DNA from: Batkoa obscura
Lineage: Eukaryota
DNA: 64,000 bases
Direction of reading: 5' to 3'
NCBI GenBank assembly: GCA_030770535.1
Contig: JASVEC010000021.1
Coordinates: 744,001-808,000, forward strand
Within the stretch, counting starts at the first letter, position 1; every line of letters starts with the position of its first letter. Under the pieces are notes generated by a model. It worked only from the letters and a program-made list of their open reading frames with translations, ran no database searches and was not told the origin of the DNA. The position numbers were made by a program, and so were the translations under genes. Below are positions 13,694 through 30,366 of this stretch, piece by piece.

Positions 13694-16518
13694 TTATTCA
13701 ATATCAATAAAAGGATCATTTAAATCAATAATACCAGTATCATCATTAGAATTATTATTAGTATTATCAAAATCTACTAAATCTAAATCCAAATAATCTT
13801 CTTCTTTTAATTCCATATTATTTATATTTAATTTCTCTTCCTCCTTTTTATCTTTATTATTACTCTTATTACTTTCTTCTTTTATTTTATTCATAGTCTT
13901 TTCTTCTTGAATTTCTTTTTTATCCTCACTTTTTTCTTTTTTTACCTCTGAGTTATTGTTATTATTCTTTTCTTCTTCTTTATCATTTTCATTATTTGCT
14001 TTAATAGGATGATGCATGACAAATTCCTCTTCATTCTCCTCTTCATTATCAAATCTAATATTATTCAATTCGATCATTTCCCCACTTTGAACTTCCTCAC
14101 TCATTATCATCCTATCTTGTGTAAAATCAATTAATTCTTGTTCAGGTAAATTTTGGGGTTCTAAATAAGGTAATAATAACTTGGGATTCATTTGTTTTTC
14201 AAATATTAAATTAAAATTTAATATCAAATCTTTGATTAATTTTAAGGGATATCGTTGATAATAATATTGCATTCTTAAAGCTGGTGGTGGTCGTAATATA
14301 CAAGGTATTATACTTTGAAATAAACTTTGGTATTTAATGTTATTGATAGAAGATTCGTTAATTATACTATAAAGTGATAAAAATATCATGTTAGTACAAT
14401 GTTATTACTATATATGATTTAATTTACTTTTTTAATTGATTGATTAGACTTTTTAATATTAAATAATTTGGTATTGACAATTCATTAATTATTATACTTA
14501 ATTCATTTAATCTTAAGTCATTATCATCTAATGAATAATTAATAAGTTATATAATAATAACGATAATTTATATTATAATAATAGTACTATAACTTACTAA
14601 TTAAATAAATCTGTTTTAACTTATCATAATAATTCATTGATATTAAAGAATCAGCTAATTCTAATAAATACAACTTTAAAGTGGATATTAACAGTTCAAT
14701 ATTTAATTTAGGTAAACTTGATGGACTTATTTTTCCTACATTATTAATGTTATTTATTATCAATATATTTATTTTATTATTATCTATTATTTACCTTTAT
14801 TTAATTTATTTCTTAATTTATGAATTTGTTTTAATGGTACATTTGAACACCAAAATTTTAAACATTCTAAATAAAAGTATAAATTACACTAAATAGTATA
14901 TTAAATCATATAATATTTTACCTTCATTATCTTTAGTTTTGAACTCTACAAAAAATAGGTATTGTTAAATCAATAATGATTATAATTACAATAGAATATC
15001 ATTTACCTTCTATAATAGCATCCATTAACAATGAAAATGTAGCTGGTATAGTAGATCTACTAACTTTTGCTTGAATATCTAAATTAACACCGAAATTTTG
15101 ATCTAAAAAATTGTTTTATAAATATTTTTGTAATAGAAACTAATAATAAAATAAATTTACCAATTCCTTCCCCATAATAATAATTAACATATAAAATAGG
15201 ACATGGTTGAAAAGGACCGGTACGATAAGATTCTACTACTAACAAAATATCTTGTTTAGGCTTTAATGTTTCTAGATGTAAAAATAATTCATTTGCTATT
15301 GAACTAAAATTATTTTCATTGTTTGTTTCAATACTGGCTAAACTAACAAAAGCTAAAAATAGAAGCTTAATTTAATATTATTGCTATGAAAGGATGGATT
15401 ATAAGTTTACCTGCTTTAATCGATTCAATTCTTGATTCTTCATTTTTTTCTAATAAATTTAAAAATTTATACTATAAAAGTACAGTATTAAACATAACTT
15501 ATAAGAAATAAAATAGAAAAAGTACCATTAATTGTTCTACTTGAAGTCTTAATTTATCAGTTTTAAAACATAATTCCTTATAAAAGATATCAGCCTCAGT
15601 AGCAATTACTCTAGCATCATTATGTAAATTTTGGTCATTTAATAAATCTTCGACTTCAGTAGCTTTCTTTTTCCATTGATAGAATGTTGTATTGCTAGCA
15701 TGAAACTTATTCCCTGGCCCAATTAATCTTAAATACCCCAAATCAATTAAAGCTTGGCCAACATTTACAGCATCATTAGGAGTTAATAACACATTCTTAA
15801 ACTCCATTAATAACCATTTAGTAATATCATCACCTGTAATTAATCCACGAAAAAAGCCTAAGAACTTTGATTTACTTTCTAAGCTAATATTGACTTCGGT
15901 TTGTATTTTAATTAAGAAATTTTGCATTTCTTTTTCATTTAACGTCAACGCTCCCAATAAATAAACTTGTCCTTTTTTAGGAATTTCTTTATTTTCTTCT
16001 TCTTCTAAATTGGCTTTTAATATAGCTTGTTCTTCTAATTCATCAGCTATACTACATTTTTCAAAATATTGTTTTTTGGCTAAAGATACTCGATTTAAGC
16101 ACTCTTCTAATTCATTAATTTTCTCCAGTATTGGTTTTTTGTAACTTATAACCGCTTGTTTATATTCTAAAAATACGCGTTCTAATGGATTGATGACTAA
16201 ATTCTGTAAATTACTTGAAAGCTCATAGTGTTGTTGTCCTTTTTTAATATAACTCTCTTTTAACGCATCAAATGCAAGTGGTAAGCTAGCACCTTCTTCA
16301 TTATCGATAACGAGGGAAGAATTTGGATGAGCGGATTTTTTTATACCAGCGAGATCCACTAAACTAACGGAATATAAATCTTCAATTGCTTTTCGATTTT
16401 GTAAGAATTGTAAGATCTGTGAATTTTCATTATAACTTTGTGAAATACGTTGATCTAAACGTTTAACGATTAAACTAAAATTATTGTTTAAGGGCCAAAA
16501 ATTGTTTTGGTATTCCAT
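13694..16518 (-). CDS. RGD2: F-BAR/DEP/RhoGAP protein (Rgd2/Rga8-like), multi-exon
   Basis: N-terminal FCH (YQNNFW...FLQNRKAIEDLYS), DEP (ITGDDITKWL...GQALIDLGYLRLIG), YRTGPFQP and FGVNL, and GAP helices (TLKLYLLELADSLI; IIPCILRP). Confidence 0.8.
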
Positions 16519-18077
16519 AGTGATAAAGAAGAAGTCTGTTCAAATTTATTAGCAATTTATTGTCTTTAAATCAAAAGTTGACTCTTAGAATTTAAAATTA
16601 AGTTATTATTTCTCAATTATTTTAAATCAGGAACAATTTTACGTATTCTTTAAAAATAGCTTAAAAATGATTAAAAATAATAATATAACTAAATATTTTA
16701 AAATATTAAAATTAATTCATGTATAAATAGGTATCGTAAAATGAGTATCACTTTGAAATTCAGCTCTTATAAAAGCTTTTATACTTACATTTATACTATT
16801 TTAATAAATATAATAATTTTACTGAGCCATTTATTTGTTTATTTTTCATGCCACATAAAGTAAAAATATTAATAGAATATTAAAATAACTTCAAATAAAT
16901 TAGATTTCTTTTGATAAAGTTAGTGATCAAAAGTTATCTTTTGCTAAAGAAGCATATATAGCACAGATAGCCTATTGAAAAGTTTATTGAAGTATAAAAG
17001 GTAACTAAATTATATCTAATGGATGGTCTAATTAAAGCATGTTATTATTATTTTTACAAATTAATTTAGATTTTTTTAATATTTAAAGTAAAAAGTCATT
17101 TTTTGGTTTACTATTTTAATTAATTTATGTGGACTAAAGTTAAAACAAAATTATAGTTCTAAGCTTAAATGTAAATAATTGCTGAGGGTGATGCTAAATT
17201 GAAATTATTTTGAAAAACTATTATTATAAAGCCAAAATAATATTTTTAATAAAACATAAATGTTTATTTTTCAATAAAGAATTTTTTGAAATAAATTTAA
17301 ACTTAAAAGAAAAATTAATATTATAAAATAATTAAGAAAAAGCAAATTATTAAATTTAATAAAAATTATGAAATTAATAAAAAGCTAATTTATTTGTATT
17401 ATGTGAAATCTGGTACTTAATGATTGAAGTCAAAAACACTTATTGCCTAGTTGATTAGCTGTAAGTTGAAAGGTTCTAGTTTGTGTGATTAAGGTAGACT
17501 TGAATTATGAAGAATAACATATAGTAGGCTATGGATTATGTAAGACAAATAGAATAGACAATAGTAATGTAAAACCTACGTAAAATACTATTAAGAAAAT
17601 CTAATGGCTTTATTAAATGTATGAGATATCAAGGAATAATTCAGTTAAAAAGCCTCAAGCTACTATACTCCAAGATCTTTTTTATGCTCTGACAAGTACA
17701 AATATCAAAATGAGAAAACAATATTCTTTGGGATGAAGCTAGAAATTCTCATACAAAATCAAACTAAGAACGTGGGATTGATTGTCTCCGAACCTGAGAA
17801 CACGACAACTTAAATGGCTATTGTGGTATAATCAACCATGGGGCTGACAGAGCGATGTTTCACAATTAAAAGAAACTTATTATAAAATTAGATTTTTTAT
17901 TATAACTTAAATAAAACAAACTTTACTTTTGAATTTACTTGATTAATTATTAATCAAGTTGTTTTTACTTTAAATTCAGAAACCTCAAAGTTAAATATTT
18001 TTTAACTTAATACTTATTTTAGTCATTTTATAACAAAAGTGTAATTAATAGGCATTTTGAAAACATTTTACAGTGGA

Positions 18078-18659
18078 AAAATAGTTTTAAAGTATTAAAA
18101 TAGGAAATATTAATCGGCTAATTTTAAAATTTGAGATTTTTATTTACAAATGAATAAAATTAACAATTTAATTACTAGTAGTAATAAAATAAATATAATT
18201 TTTTCAAGATATAAAAATCAAAAATATAAGATATTAAAAGTATTTTTAATATTTGTTAAGTGAATAAGTATTTTACTAAATAATAAAAATAAATTACTAA
18301 ATGTTGATATTACTTAAGTTATTACTAATTAAATTGATAAATAAAAACCATTGTTATATTGTTTATATTACATAATGATGATTACTTACAGTTTTGGGGC
18401 TAATTACTCCCTCCCATTCAACTATATATTAACTTGGTAATATATTAATACTATAATTATAACATTAAAGTTATTTATTTATTTGATGGTAAATTTGCAA
18501 TGTTAGTTATAAAGCAGTCAATAATAAAATTTTCTTAATAAAATTTTATATGTATTTATTTACATACTACAACTTTAATCAATATCAATATATAGGCTAC
18601 ATTAGTAAAAGCTTCACTAATCCAGGAATTTCTATTAAGTTCAATAAAAAATCCGCTAA
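18078..18659 (+). repeat. Dispersed duplication, copy 1 (about 0.58 kb; partner at 30658-31345)
   Basis: Near-identical text to 30658-31345 apart from scattered substitutions and a MITE insertion in copy 2. Confidence 0.95.
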
Positions 18660-18875
18660 ATTGTAACAACATAAGTTAAAACTGTATCGGATACTTTCGA
18701 TTTTTAATAAGGAATTTATTTTTATAGAATTTCAAGTAAAGTTTTTAAGATGTAAAATATTTGAAAATTGAATAAAAAAATGAAATTCGGACATCCCTAT
18801 ATGTATTTATTAAAATCTTTATTTATATTAAAAGATCCAACTAAAAATATTTAATATATTTATAATTAATAATAT

Positions 18876-18970
18876 GCGGATCTATTTCTTTAAGAATTTT
18901 ACTAATAACCTTTCCATTTAAATAGTACTTAAAAAATAGAAAAAGTAATAAAATCAAAAAAAACATCCTC
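18876..18970 (+). mobile_element. MITE copy
   Basis: GCGGATCT...TAAGAATTTTACTAATAACCTTTCCATTTAAATAG...AAAAAAAACATCCTC with ATAT on both sides. Confidence 0.85.
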
Positions 18971-19352
18971 ATATTTATTTTGTTTAAAAATATAATAACT
19001 TTCAATAATAAATTTATCTGAAACTAGTCAAATTTATTATATAAATTATGATTAAATTAACCATAAAACTACAATTAATTTTATAAACAATTTAAATGAT
19101 TATTATATTATGGTTAATTATAAAGCTAGTAAAGCAATGCTATATAAGTTTAAAAACTTAACTTGAATTTTATTTAATCTTGTTTTTTTTTTTAGCAAAA
19201 ATTGCAAATTAAGTATTAGGTATTACAGAAACGTTTGCTTTTTTATATAATTCTGATAATTTATCTAATATCAATTATTAAAACCACAAAAAAAATAAAA
19301 CTCTCATGTTAAATATTAAATAAAGTAAGTTAGTTTTTTAGTTTTAATTAAA

Positions 19353-19440
19353 AGGTGTTTTAGTTTTATTACTTTTTTCATTTTTCAAGTACTATTTAAG
19401 TGAAATAATAAGTGAAGGATCTTAAAAAAAATTAAACTCC
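19353..19440 (-). mobile_element. Degenerate MITE copy
   Basis: GGTGTTTTAGTTTTATTACTTTTTTCATTTTTCAAGTACTATTTAAGTG matches the reverse complement of the consensus right half. Confidence 0.55.
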
Positions 19441-19696
19441 GTCAAAACTAAATAGGCTCAACTAAGAACAAGTAATGTATTAATCCAATTCAAATTAAGC
19501 AACTTGATTCAGCAGATTAAATAATTGAATTCAAGAAGTATCATGATTTTATCAGTTCCCTAAATCAATATGTCAAACTTTAAATTTTGAATTAAGCAAC
19601 TCAGCTCAAAAATGATTTCAATTTTTGCAATTAAGTTTACTTTTTGTCAAAACACCAAAATAAATTAATTTAAAATGCTTACTTGTACTTTATCCA

Positions 19697-20477
19697 ATGT
19701 TTAAAAGGTAATTAAAAAAAGCAATAATGACGAAGAATAAACCGAGTAATTCTAACATTCTATCATTAGATTTGACGTCCAAGAAGATATTAAGAATCGT
19801 ACCCAAGTAAAATCTTCGGTACAACGAGCTATTCGTAATAAAATCATTCAACAATATCCACATATTGAAGGTAACTTAGAAGAAATTTTACCCAAAAAAG
19901 CTCCCATTATTATACAAAAATAGTAAGCTTTGTTTTTTTTTACCACTTATGATTTTAAAAAATGGTTACTCATCTTATGCTTTAGCTCTTTAGAAAACGT
20001 TGAGTTTGTAACTGTTAATGGCGAAGCTAAATTTTTCAATCATCACGATGGTCCTTATTATCCAACAATGAAATTATTATTACAATGTAACCAAAATGCA
20101 TTATATATATATTAATATTAAATTTTTACTCCAGACCCAAGTATACTACCCAAGTTACAAGTAGACAAAGGAGCTATAAAATTTATACTATCAGGAGCGA
20201 ATATCATGTGTCCAGGTTTAACTTCCAAAGGAGCTGATATGCCAGTTTCTTTACCAGAAGAAAGTATTGTGGCTATCTTTGCAGAAGGCAAAAAACATCC
20301 ATTAGCTATTGGTATTACGAAAATGTCAACAGAGGATATGTAAGTTTTTTTTATATAAAATTTATATATATAAAGTTAATGAAATCTATTTTTAGTAAGA
20401 AAATTAATAAAGGCAATGGTGTTGATTTAGTTCATTATCTTAATGATGGTTTATGGAAGGCTAGTTTTGCTTATTAA
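19697..20477 (+). CDS. TMA20: Translation machinery-associated protein 20 / MCT-1 (PUA domain)
   Basis: [11 protein letters not shown]...[42 protein letters not shown] and HYLNDGLW across 5 exons. Confidence 0.95.
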
Positions 20478-20816
20478 TTGGAATTGATGAGTGAATTAAT
20501 AAAAAATAAAATGATGTTTTATTATTATTTATTTGTTTAAATTAGTGATTTAAATTGGTAAAAGTTATTGAAGCAGAAGGCATTATATTTAAGGGCCAAT
20601 TTCAATAAAGTTAGATGATATTATACAACTTGAAGCTTTTATTATTTTCTTACATATTATTCTACTTTAATATCACATGTACATAAATTTTTACAACATA
20701 GTAAAGTAGTAAATTTTGCATCTTCAAAATTGCAAAAATAAAATTGCAATTTTAAGGGTTTATTAAATAAGTGGAGAAAAAAAAGGAGTGACGTTTCAAT
20801 AGTTTTAATAAACATA

Positions 20817-23961
<3,145 letters not shown>

Positions 23962-24100
23962 ACCATAATATATTATATTTAATGATATAATAATATTAAT
24001 TTCCTATTTTGTATAAAGATAATAATAATAGCAATAATAATTTAACTAGTCTTTTATTTTTGTTTTTTAAATTTAACTTTTATATTTTATTATCATTCTA

Positions 24101-25759
24101 TTAAGTATATTTTTCATTAATTAATTCCATTAATTGTTGTTTTGCTAAAGATGGAATATCTTGATCAAAACAATTAAATGGTGGATGTTCACCAATATAA
24201 GATAAAGGATCTCCTGGAGATTTGTAATTTTTACTAACTCTATAAGCACGTGCATACCTTTCATAAATTAAGCGTTGACTTAAGGTAGCTAGCTCATTTT
24301 TACAACGATCTATTCCTACTAAATAAACAGGTTTTCTATGAACCAAGTATAAATTGATTTTTTATAGCTTAATAAAATATTCAACAATTACCTTGTTGTG
24401 ATTGCTTCAGATATTAAATTCACACTGCCTGCTGGTACAACAAAATGTGTGGCTGTGGATAATATACTGGTATAGGGATTTTTACCATCTTTTTCATCTT
24501 CCCATGAGTAAATTGGGTAACCATCAGTTATCAATCTATAATAGGTTAAATTTATTTCTAGATGTGTTAAATATTGTTACTTTTGTAATTTAGTTTTAAG
24601 ATGTAATTTAACCTAGGTTATTATAAAGTAAGCAAAATACAAGTTAAAATTAAAAATGAAATTACAAAATCTGGTGATCTTTTAGAATGAGTAATCAATA
24701 TTCTAGCATTGAATTTTTTTACCAATAACTAAAAAGGAGATTAAACCAAAACTAAAATCTGAAAATAACAATTACTTCAATTGATTCAGCTAATTCTACC
24801 GCATGTTGATTTAAGAATGAAAAATTAGCTGGTATATCTCCCATAAGAAAAGCAACAATTGGAGAATTTTCTTTTTTATCAATAAATCGTTGATCTAAGT
24901 ATTTAGTAATTTGGGTATATTCCAATTTTAATTCATTTCGAATATTATTTAAAGCAAGCTAAAATATAGCGATTAGTAAAACAATAAGTGATATTGCGGC
25001 AAACTATTACTGGTATTGTCATCTTGTTTTTTTGTTGGGATAAAGCAGGACCAAGGTGAGCTATTTTTTAGTTTTTTAATTAATTATATTATTTGATAGT
25101 TATGGCCTATATTACCTAACTTAAGTAATTCATGTTTCATTAAGATTACACCATCAAAGTTTTTAAATGGTAGATTGGGGTAGCCTATGTGAGCTAAAAA
25201 AAGAATTAATTTAACCAAGTTGTAGTTAATATAGAGTTATATTACTAAAGAAAGTGGCTGGTCCTAATACTTTTCTTAAAAATAGACTTGGTAAAACAGT
25301 ATCTATTCCAGAAGATATAACTAAATCAGGTTGGTTGGATATGTTTAGTTTTATATTGTTGGTGTTTTCTAAATAAAATGGTAATTTATCTAAAAGAAAT
25401 TAATTCCTTATCCCGTATTTTTAATACATTATATTTACCTATAAATTGGTTATTTTTATTATACTTAATCCAATCAACTAAATATCTCTTTAAAAACATA
25501 GGAAAACTATTCAATACTTTTAAAAATAGTATCAGTATTGCTAATAATAATATAATAATGTAATAATAAACTTACTTGGTTTTGTTTTTATATAGTTTAT
25601 CTCAGTAGATGCGTTAAATGTATTTGCTAAAGCCATACTTCTATTTTCGTTACCTTGAATACCATCACTTAATATCCAAATCTTATTGATATTTTTCTTT
25701 TGAATTGAATAACATCGAATATTTTGGTAAACAGATGATTTTATCGTCTTTAAATACAT
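24101..25759 (-). CDS. Mitochondrial fission ELM1-family protein, multi-exon
   Basis: Presequence-like N-terminus, then KIWILSDGIQGNENRSMALA; PDLVISSG; NPYTSILSTATHFVVPAGSVNLISEAITTRKPVYLVG resembles the ELM1 motif NPY...VVTADSVSMxSEA..TGKPVY. Confidence 0.8.
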
Positions 25760-26031
25760 TTCAAACTTAATAATATTAATAGTATTTTATTAAATACAAT
25801 GTTTATTTAATCAATTATTGTTTATAAAATTTCTTTTTGATTGGATTAGATTATTTGAAAGTTTATCTTAATTAAATATTAATAAAAATATTTGAAAAAA
25901 ATTTCTAACTTAAACTTTTCAACACGTTGAATTCCAACCTTAATATAACAAGGTCAATATTCTGAATTGAACAAACAAAACTAATCTGTATCTGCATTTT
26001 TACTAAGGTAAAAGGAAAGTAATATAAGAAA

Positions 26032-28494
26032 ATGCAGAATTTATCACCACCCGTATTAAAAAATAAGAACCCTTCCGAACCACCTAAATCCCCAGACTCT
26101 CCATACCAAATAAACCAAATGTCTAAAAGTTTAAATACTTCATTTAATAGTAAGTTCTTTGCCACTCCATTAGATATGTTAGCTCATGCTGCTGTTTCCT
26201 TAGCTGAAGGTCGTAGTAAAAAAGAAATTATTGAAATTTATCATGATGCTAAAGTGGAATATCCAACTCGAAACTCATCTAATCTATTACCTGATAAAAG
26301 TTCTGAAGTAACTGTCAATTTTTCGGATATTAGTAATTTTAGATCAGAAAATAATCATGATTTATCTCAAGAGTTACTTTTATCTCCTGTTAAACAAACA
26401 TCAAGTGAAGATTCCAATTCTACTTTATCGATTAAAGTGGACCAGTCTTCTACCATTGAGATACTATCAAATGACAATATTAATATTCAAGAACAAACTA
26501 TGTTAATAGATAATGCAATCAATTCCACGCCGTTCGTAACTCCTTCAAAAACTAAGTCTAAAACTCCAATAAAAAAGAAACATTCACCCAAATCTAAGAA
26601 AAAGGGTAGTCTTACTACTTCTTCAACCTCTTCAAAGCAAGGTGAAAAAACAGATGAGAAAGAGATTCAAGAAGAAGTTGAAGGCTTAATTGGCTGTGAT
26701 ATAAGCAAGGAAGCTTCAGAAACAGACAATAGTAGTAATACCAAACTAATTGAAGATAGCAGGGAAAGCTCAGAAATAGATAATAACGGCAGTATCAAAC
26801 CAGCTGAAGAAAGTAAAGGTAAAAAAAGTGTATTGGGTAAAAAAAAGAGATGGGCCAAAATCGACTTTCTCTTAGTTAAAGCCTTAAGTATGATACCTGA
26901 AAACCAAGGTACTCGAAGTCAAATCTTTGCAGCAGCTGATAGTTTTTTAAAGCAACTGAACAAAGAAAATAGTTCTATAAAGATATGTAATAGTAAGGTA
27001 AATGATTTACTCTTATTATATTTAAAAATATAGAAGATATTGATAATTATTTTATAGACACCCAAGAATAGTTATTCAAGTGCCTTAACAAATAATACCA
27101 AAGGAATTTTTGAAAAGTTCAATGTACCTGGTAACCCAATTGAGCATTTTAAACCCGTATTTCCATTAGATAATTTTGAATTTGCTTATAAAAAACATCA
27201 AGAATGGAATGAACAATTATATTCTAAAGTATTAGGTAAAATATATGAACCTGAAAATTATCAACAAATTTATAAAAAGACAAAAAAGAGTTTAAAATTA
27301 GCCTTTAGAAAAAATCCAGATGATGAAAACCCTAATTTTTTAACTTGTAATGCACCCAATTTTTTAATTAAAGAGAAAAAAAAATTATTAAAACAAAACC
27401 AATATAAATACCCACATAGAATCATTTTAGATTTAAGGTGTAAAAAAGTAAAATTGGAAAATCAAACTTATCAACAGAGTTATAATTCACTTTTGAAAAA
27501 TTTAACAATAGAGTCCAATCCTTCTCTTATAAATAATATTGCTGTAGATTCAAATCCTTCTCCTTTAGTTATATCTCCTATTATTTCGGAAGACAATGCC
27601 GCTAATCAACTTAATAACAATCCGCCTATTTCTACTAGCCCATCTATTATGAATGATATTCCTAATTCGTTACCATTAACTGAAGAATCTTCAGCTTTAA
27701 CTAACAATAATAACAACTCACCTATTATATCTTCTATAAATAATGCAACCAATCTAAATCAAGTTAATATACAATCCTCAACTGTCAATACCTTAAATAT
27801 AAATAATTCTACTTTTTCAGCTAAATTTGAAGTTATAGACCATTCAAGCAGTGCTACCCTAGTTTATAATTCCATTCATTCTAATAATGATAATCAAGAG
27901 ACTAAGGCTATTAACGATATTCAACCCACTTCTGACTCAGCTATTAGGACCGTAAATTCTCTCAACAATTCAGAAATTGAAGTTATTGATGATATTCAAC
28001 TCACTTCTACTTCGTCCGCTGAAACTGTAATTAAAAGTAGAAAGCACCATCGTGAACAGCTTCCAATACCAACAAATTGGAAAGATTTGTTTTATGTTGG
28101 ACCCTCAACCATTAAAGGAGCTAACCTAGGCTTATTTGCAAAAAGATTTGTACCCAAAGATACAGTCATAGGGTATTATTTTGGGGTTCCTACTACAGAA
28201 TACGATTTTGATAAGCATAAAGGGTTAAATAAGTATGTTAGTAGTTACTCCATAAAATACTATGATTTTATATTAGATGCTACTGATAATAACAATGAAT
28301 TATATAAAGATAAAGATGGAGGTATACTATGCCCCTTTCATTTTATGAATGAACATCCCGATTTTACTAATGTGAGATTTAATGAGGGTTCTGAATTAAA
28401 TCAAGTGGAGTGTATTACTGAATGTGATGTATTTAAAGGTCAAGAATTATTCGTCTTTTATGGGGTCGAATACGAAAGAGAATATCAGTTTTGA
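26032..28494 (+). CDS. Two-exon protein with central HTH-like (HARE-HTH-like) segment and C-terminal SET domain
   Basis: Intron 26998-27057 joins the two ORFs in one frame. SET motifs GPSTIKGANLGLFAKRFVPKDTVIGYYFG, HFMNEH and GQELFVFYG; central LLVKALS...GTRSQI...SKTPKNSYSSALTNN. Confidence 0.8.
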
Positions 28495-28906
28495 TTACAT
28501 GTAGTAGTGTGATGCTAATTTTAATATTATAATTCAATGCTTTAGTTTAAAATATATATATTTAATTTGAAAATATTATAATTTTCAATTGCTTTTTAAC
28601 TTAAATAAAGTAGCAAGTTAATTATACTAAGTTGCTTGTTTTGCGTTTTTTTTCAACAAATTCTATACTGTTCTCGGCAATATAAATTTTATTTAGGTTA
28701 ACTTATCTTAAGTTATAGACATGTTATTATAATACAATATAATACAATATAGACCATTCTTGAATTTTAAAAAAAATTATATATTTATTCAGTATATTAA
28801 ATTATGAAAAGAATAAAAACTTCATCATTATCCCTAAAAAATCTATTTACAAAAATGAGAAAATGAAGCCAATCAAATTTCACTATTTAGTTAGATAAGG
28901 GATAAA

Positions 28907-29620
28907 ATGCATTCAAGTTGTAAGGTTAAAGAACTTAATCAAATTCGGGAATTTTATAAAAAATTTGAATTTGAATATTTAGTAACCCTGTAATTATATA
29001 ATTATATTATTATAGATGCTATAACCAAATTCTCAATTAACTAGTGTTCTATGCTTTTCAAATTATGATAATATTTGTGCTGAAATTAATCCAAAGGTAG
29101 TTTATATTGATATTATTGCTAACTTGATTAACAGTCAATTAAAGATTATATCAAGGTGAGTCTGGGTTTATAATATTTAATATAAATCTAAGTCAATAAG
29201 GCAATTTGAATCTTAGATAGCAATAGTGAACTTTATTTTGTAATGAATGAAGTAAAGTAATCATGTTTACTTAATAACGAAAACAACAGTAAAATAATAA
29301 TAACATATGAGGATGTATTTTTTTGTTTGAGGGTTTTACTACCAATTTTAAACATAAAAATACATCCCCAATAGTAGATTTTATTTATTAACAAATATTT
29401 GATACCCTTGACTTTAAAAAATATGATCTAAAAATTATCCTAGTATTATTACTTTAATAGATGAAAATCTATTCAAAGGTATATGCATTTCATGAGGTAT
29501 TTTTGTTAAAGTTTATTTATTATTTGCTTAATTATTTTATAACATAGGTATATAGAGATGTCTAAATTAATATCAGAACTTAATTAAACATTGATCCAAA
29601 TTTCAAGTTTTTACATCTAC
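28907..29620 (+). pseudogene. Possible decayed intron-containing gene of unknown product
   Basis: CCAAT at about 28869, ATG at 28907, several GT...CTAAC...AG units separating short exon-like pieces with stops; interrupted by a MITE derivative. Confidence 0.3.
29309..29369. mobile_element. Short (61 bp) palindromic MITE derivative
   Basis: GAGGATGTATTTTTTTGTTT...AAACATAAAAATACATCCCC: two left-type ends in inverted orientation. Confidence 0.75.
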
Positions 29621-29635
29621 AAGCCTTTAATATAT

Positions 29636-29732
29636 GGGGATGTATTTTGTATTTAAGAATTTTGCAATAACTTTTCCACTCAAATGGCGCTTAGAAGACA
29701 GAAAAAGTGATGAAACTAAAAAAAACACCCCC
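29636..29732 (+). mobile_element. MITE copy
   Basis: GGGGATGTATTTT...AAAAAAAACACCCCC with ATAT/ATAT flanks. Confidence 0.9.
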
Positions 29733-29891
29733 ATATAATTAGTTAAATTTAAAAAAGCTTGAAATTAAATAGAAAATTTAATTTAAAAGACTTATTTTTC
29801 TAGATAACTAATTTTTTTAATTATATGCTTTACGTTATTTCTATTAAATGTTTAAAATAATCTTATCAAGTGTTTAGTAGATATAATATAT

Positions 29892-29991
29892 AGTGATGTA
29901 TTTTTATGTTTAATAGTTTTATTAATAATTTTTCCGCTCAAAGCAGTGCTTAAAAGATATAAAAAATGATGAAGCCAAAAAAAACATCCCC
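29892..29991 (+). mobile_element. MITE copy
   Basis: AGTGATGTATTTTT...TTTCCGCTCAAAGCAGTGCTTAAA...AAAAAAAACATCCCC with ATAT/ATAT flanks. Confidence 0.85.
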
Positions 29992-30366
29992 ATATATATT
30001 AAAGTTTATTATTGATAATAATAAACTCAACCAAATAATATGTAAAATTAATACTTCAAAAAAAATAAGAAATAAAAAATAGAAAATAACAAGTAGCATT
30101 ATTATCAGCTATAACTTTTTCTTATAATAGATATAGAAATTCTGAATTTAATATAAACATAATTTAATATAGTTGTTCAAAATAATTAATAAAATTCTTA
30201 AACAAAAAAATATATCCCCATATTTAATAAAGCTATTAAAAATTAAACAATAGAAGCTATACAATAATTTCAAACTTTATAAAAATAAAAATAAAGCTAG
30301 ATTTATTAAATCTAATATATTATAATAAATAAACTTTATTGATATAGTTTGGTGTCTTATATTTAA

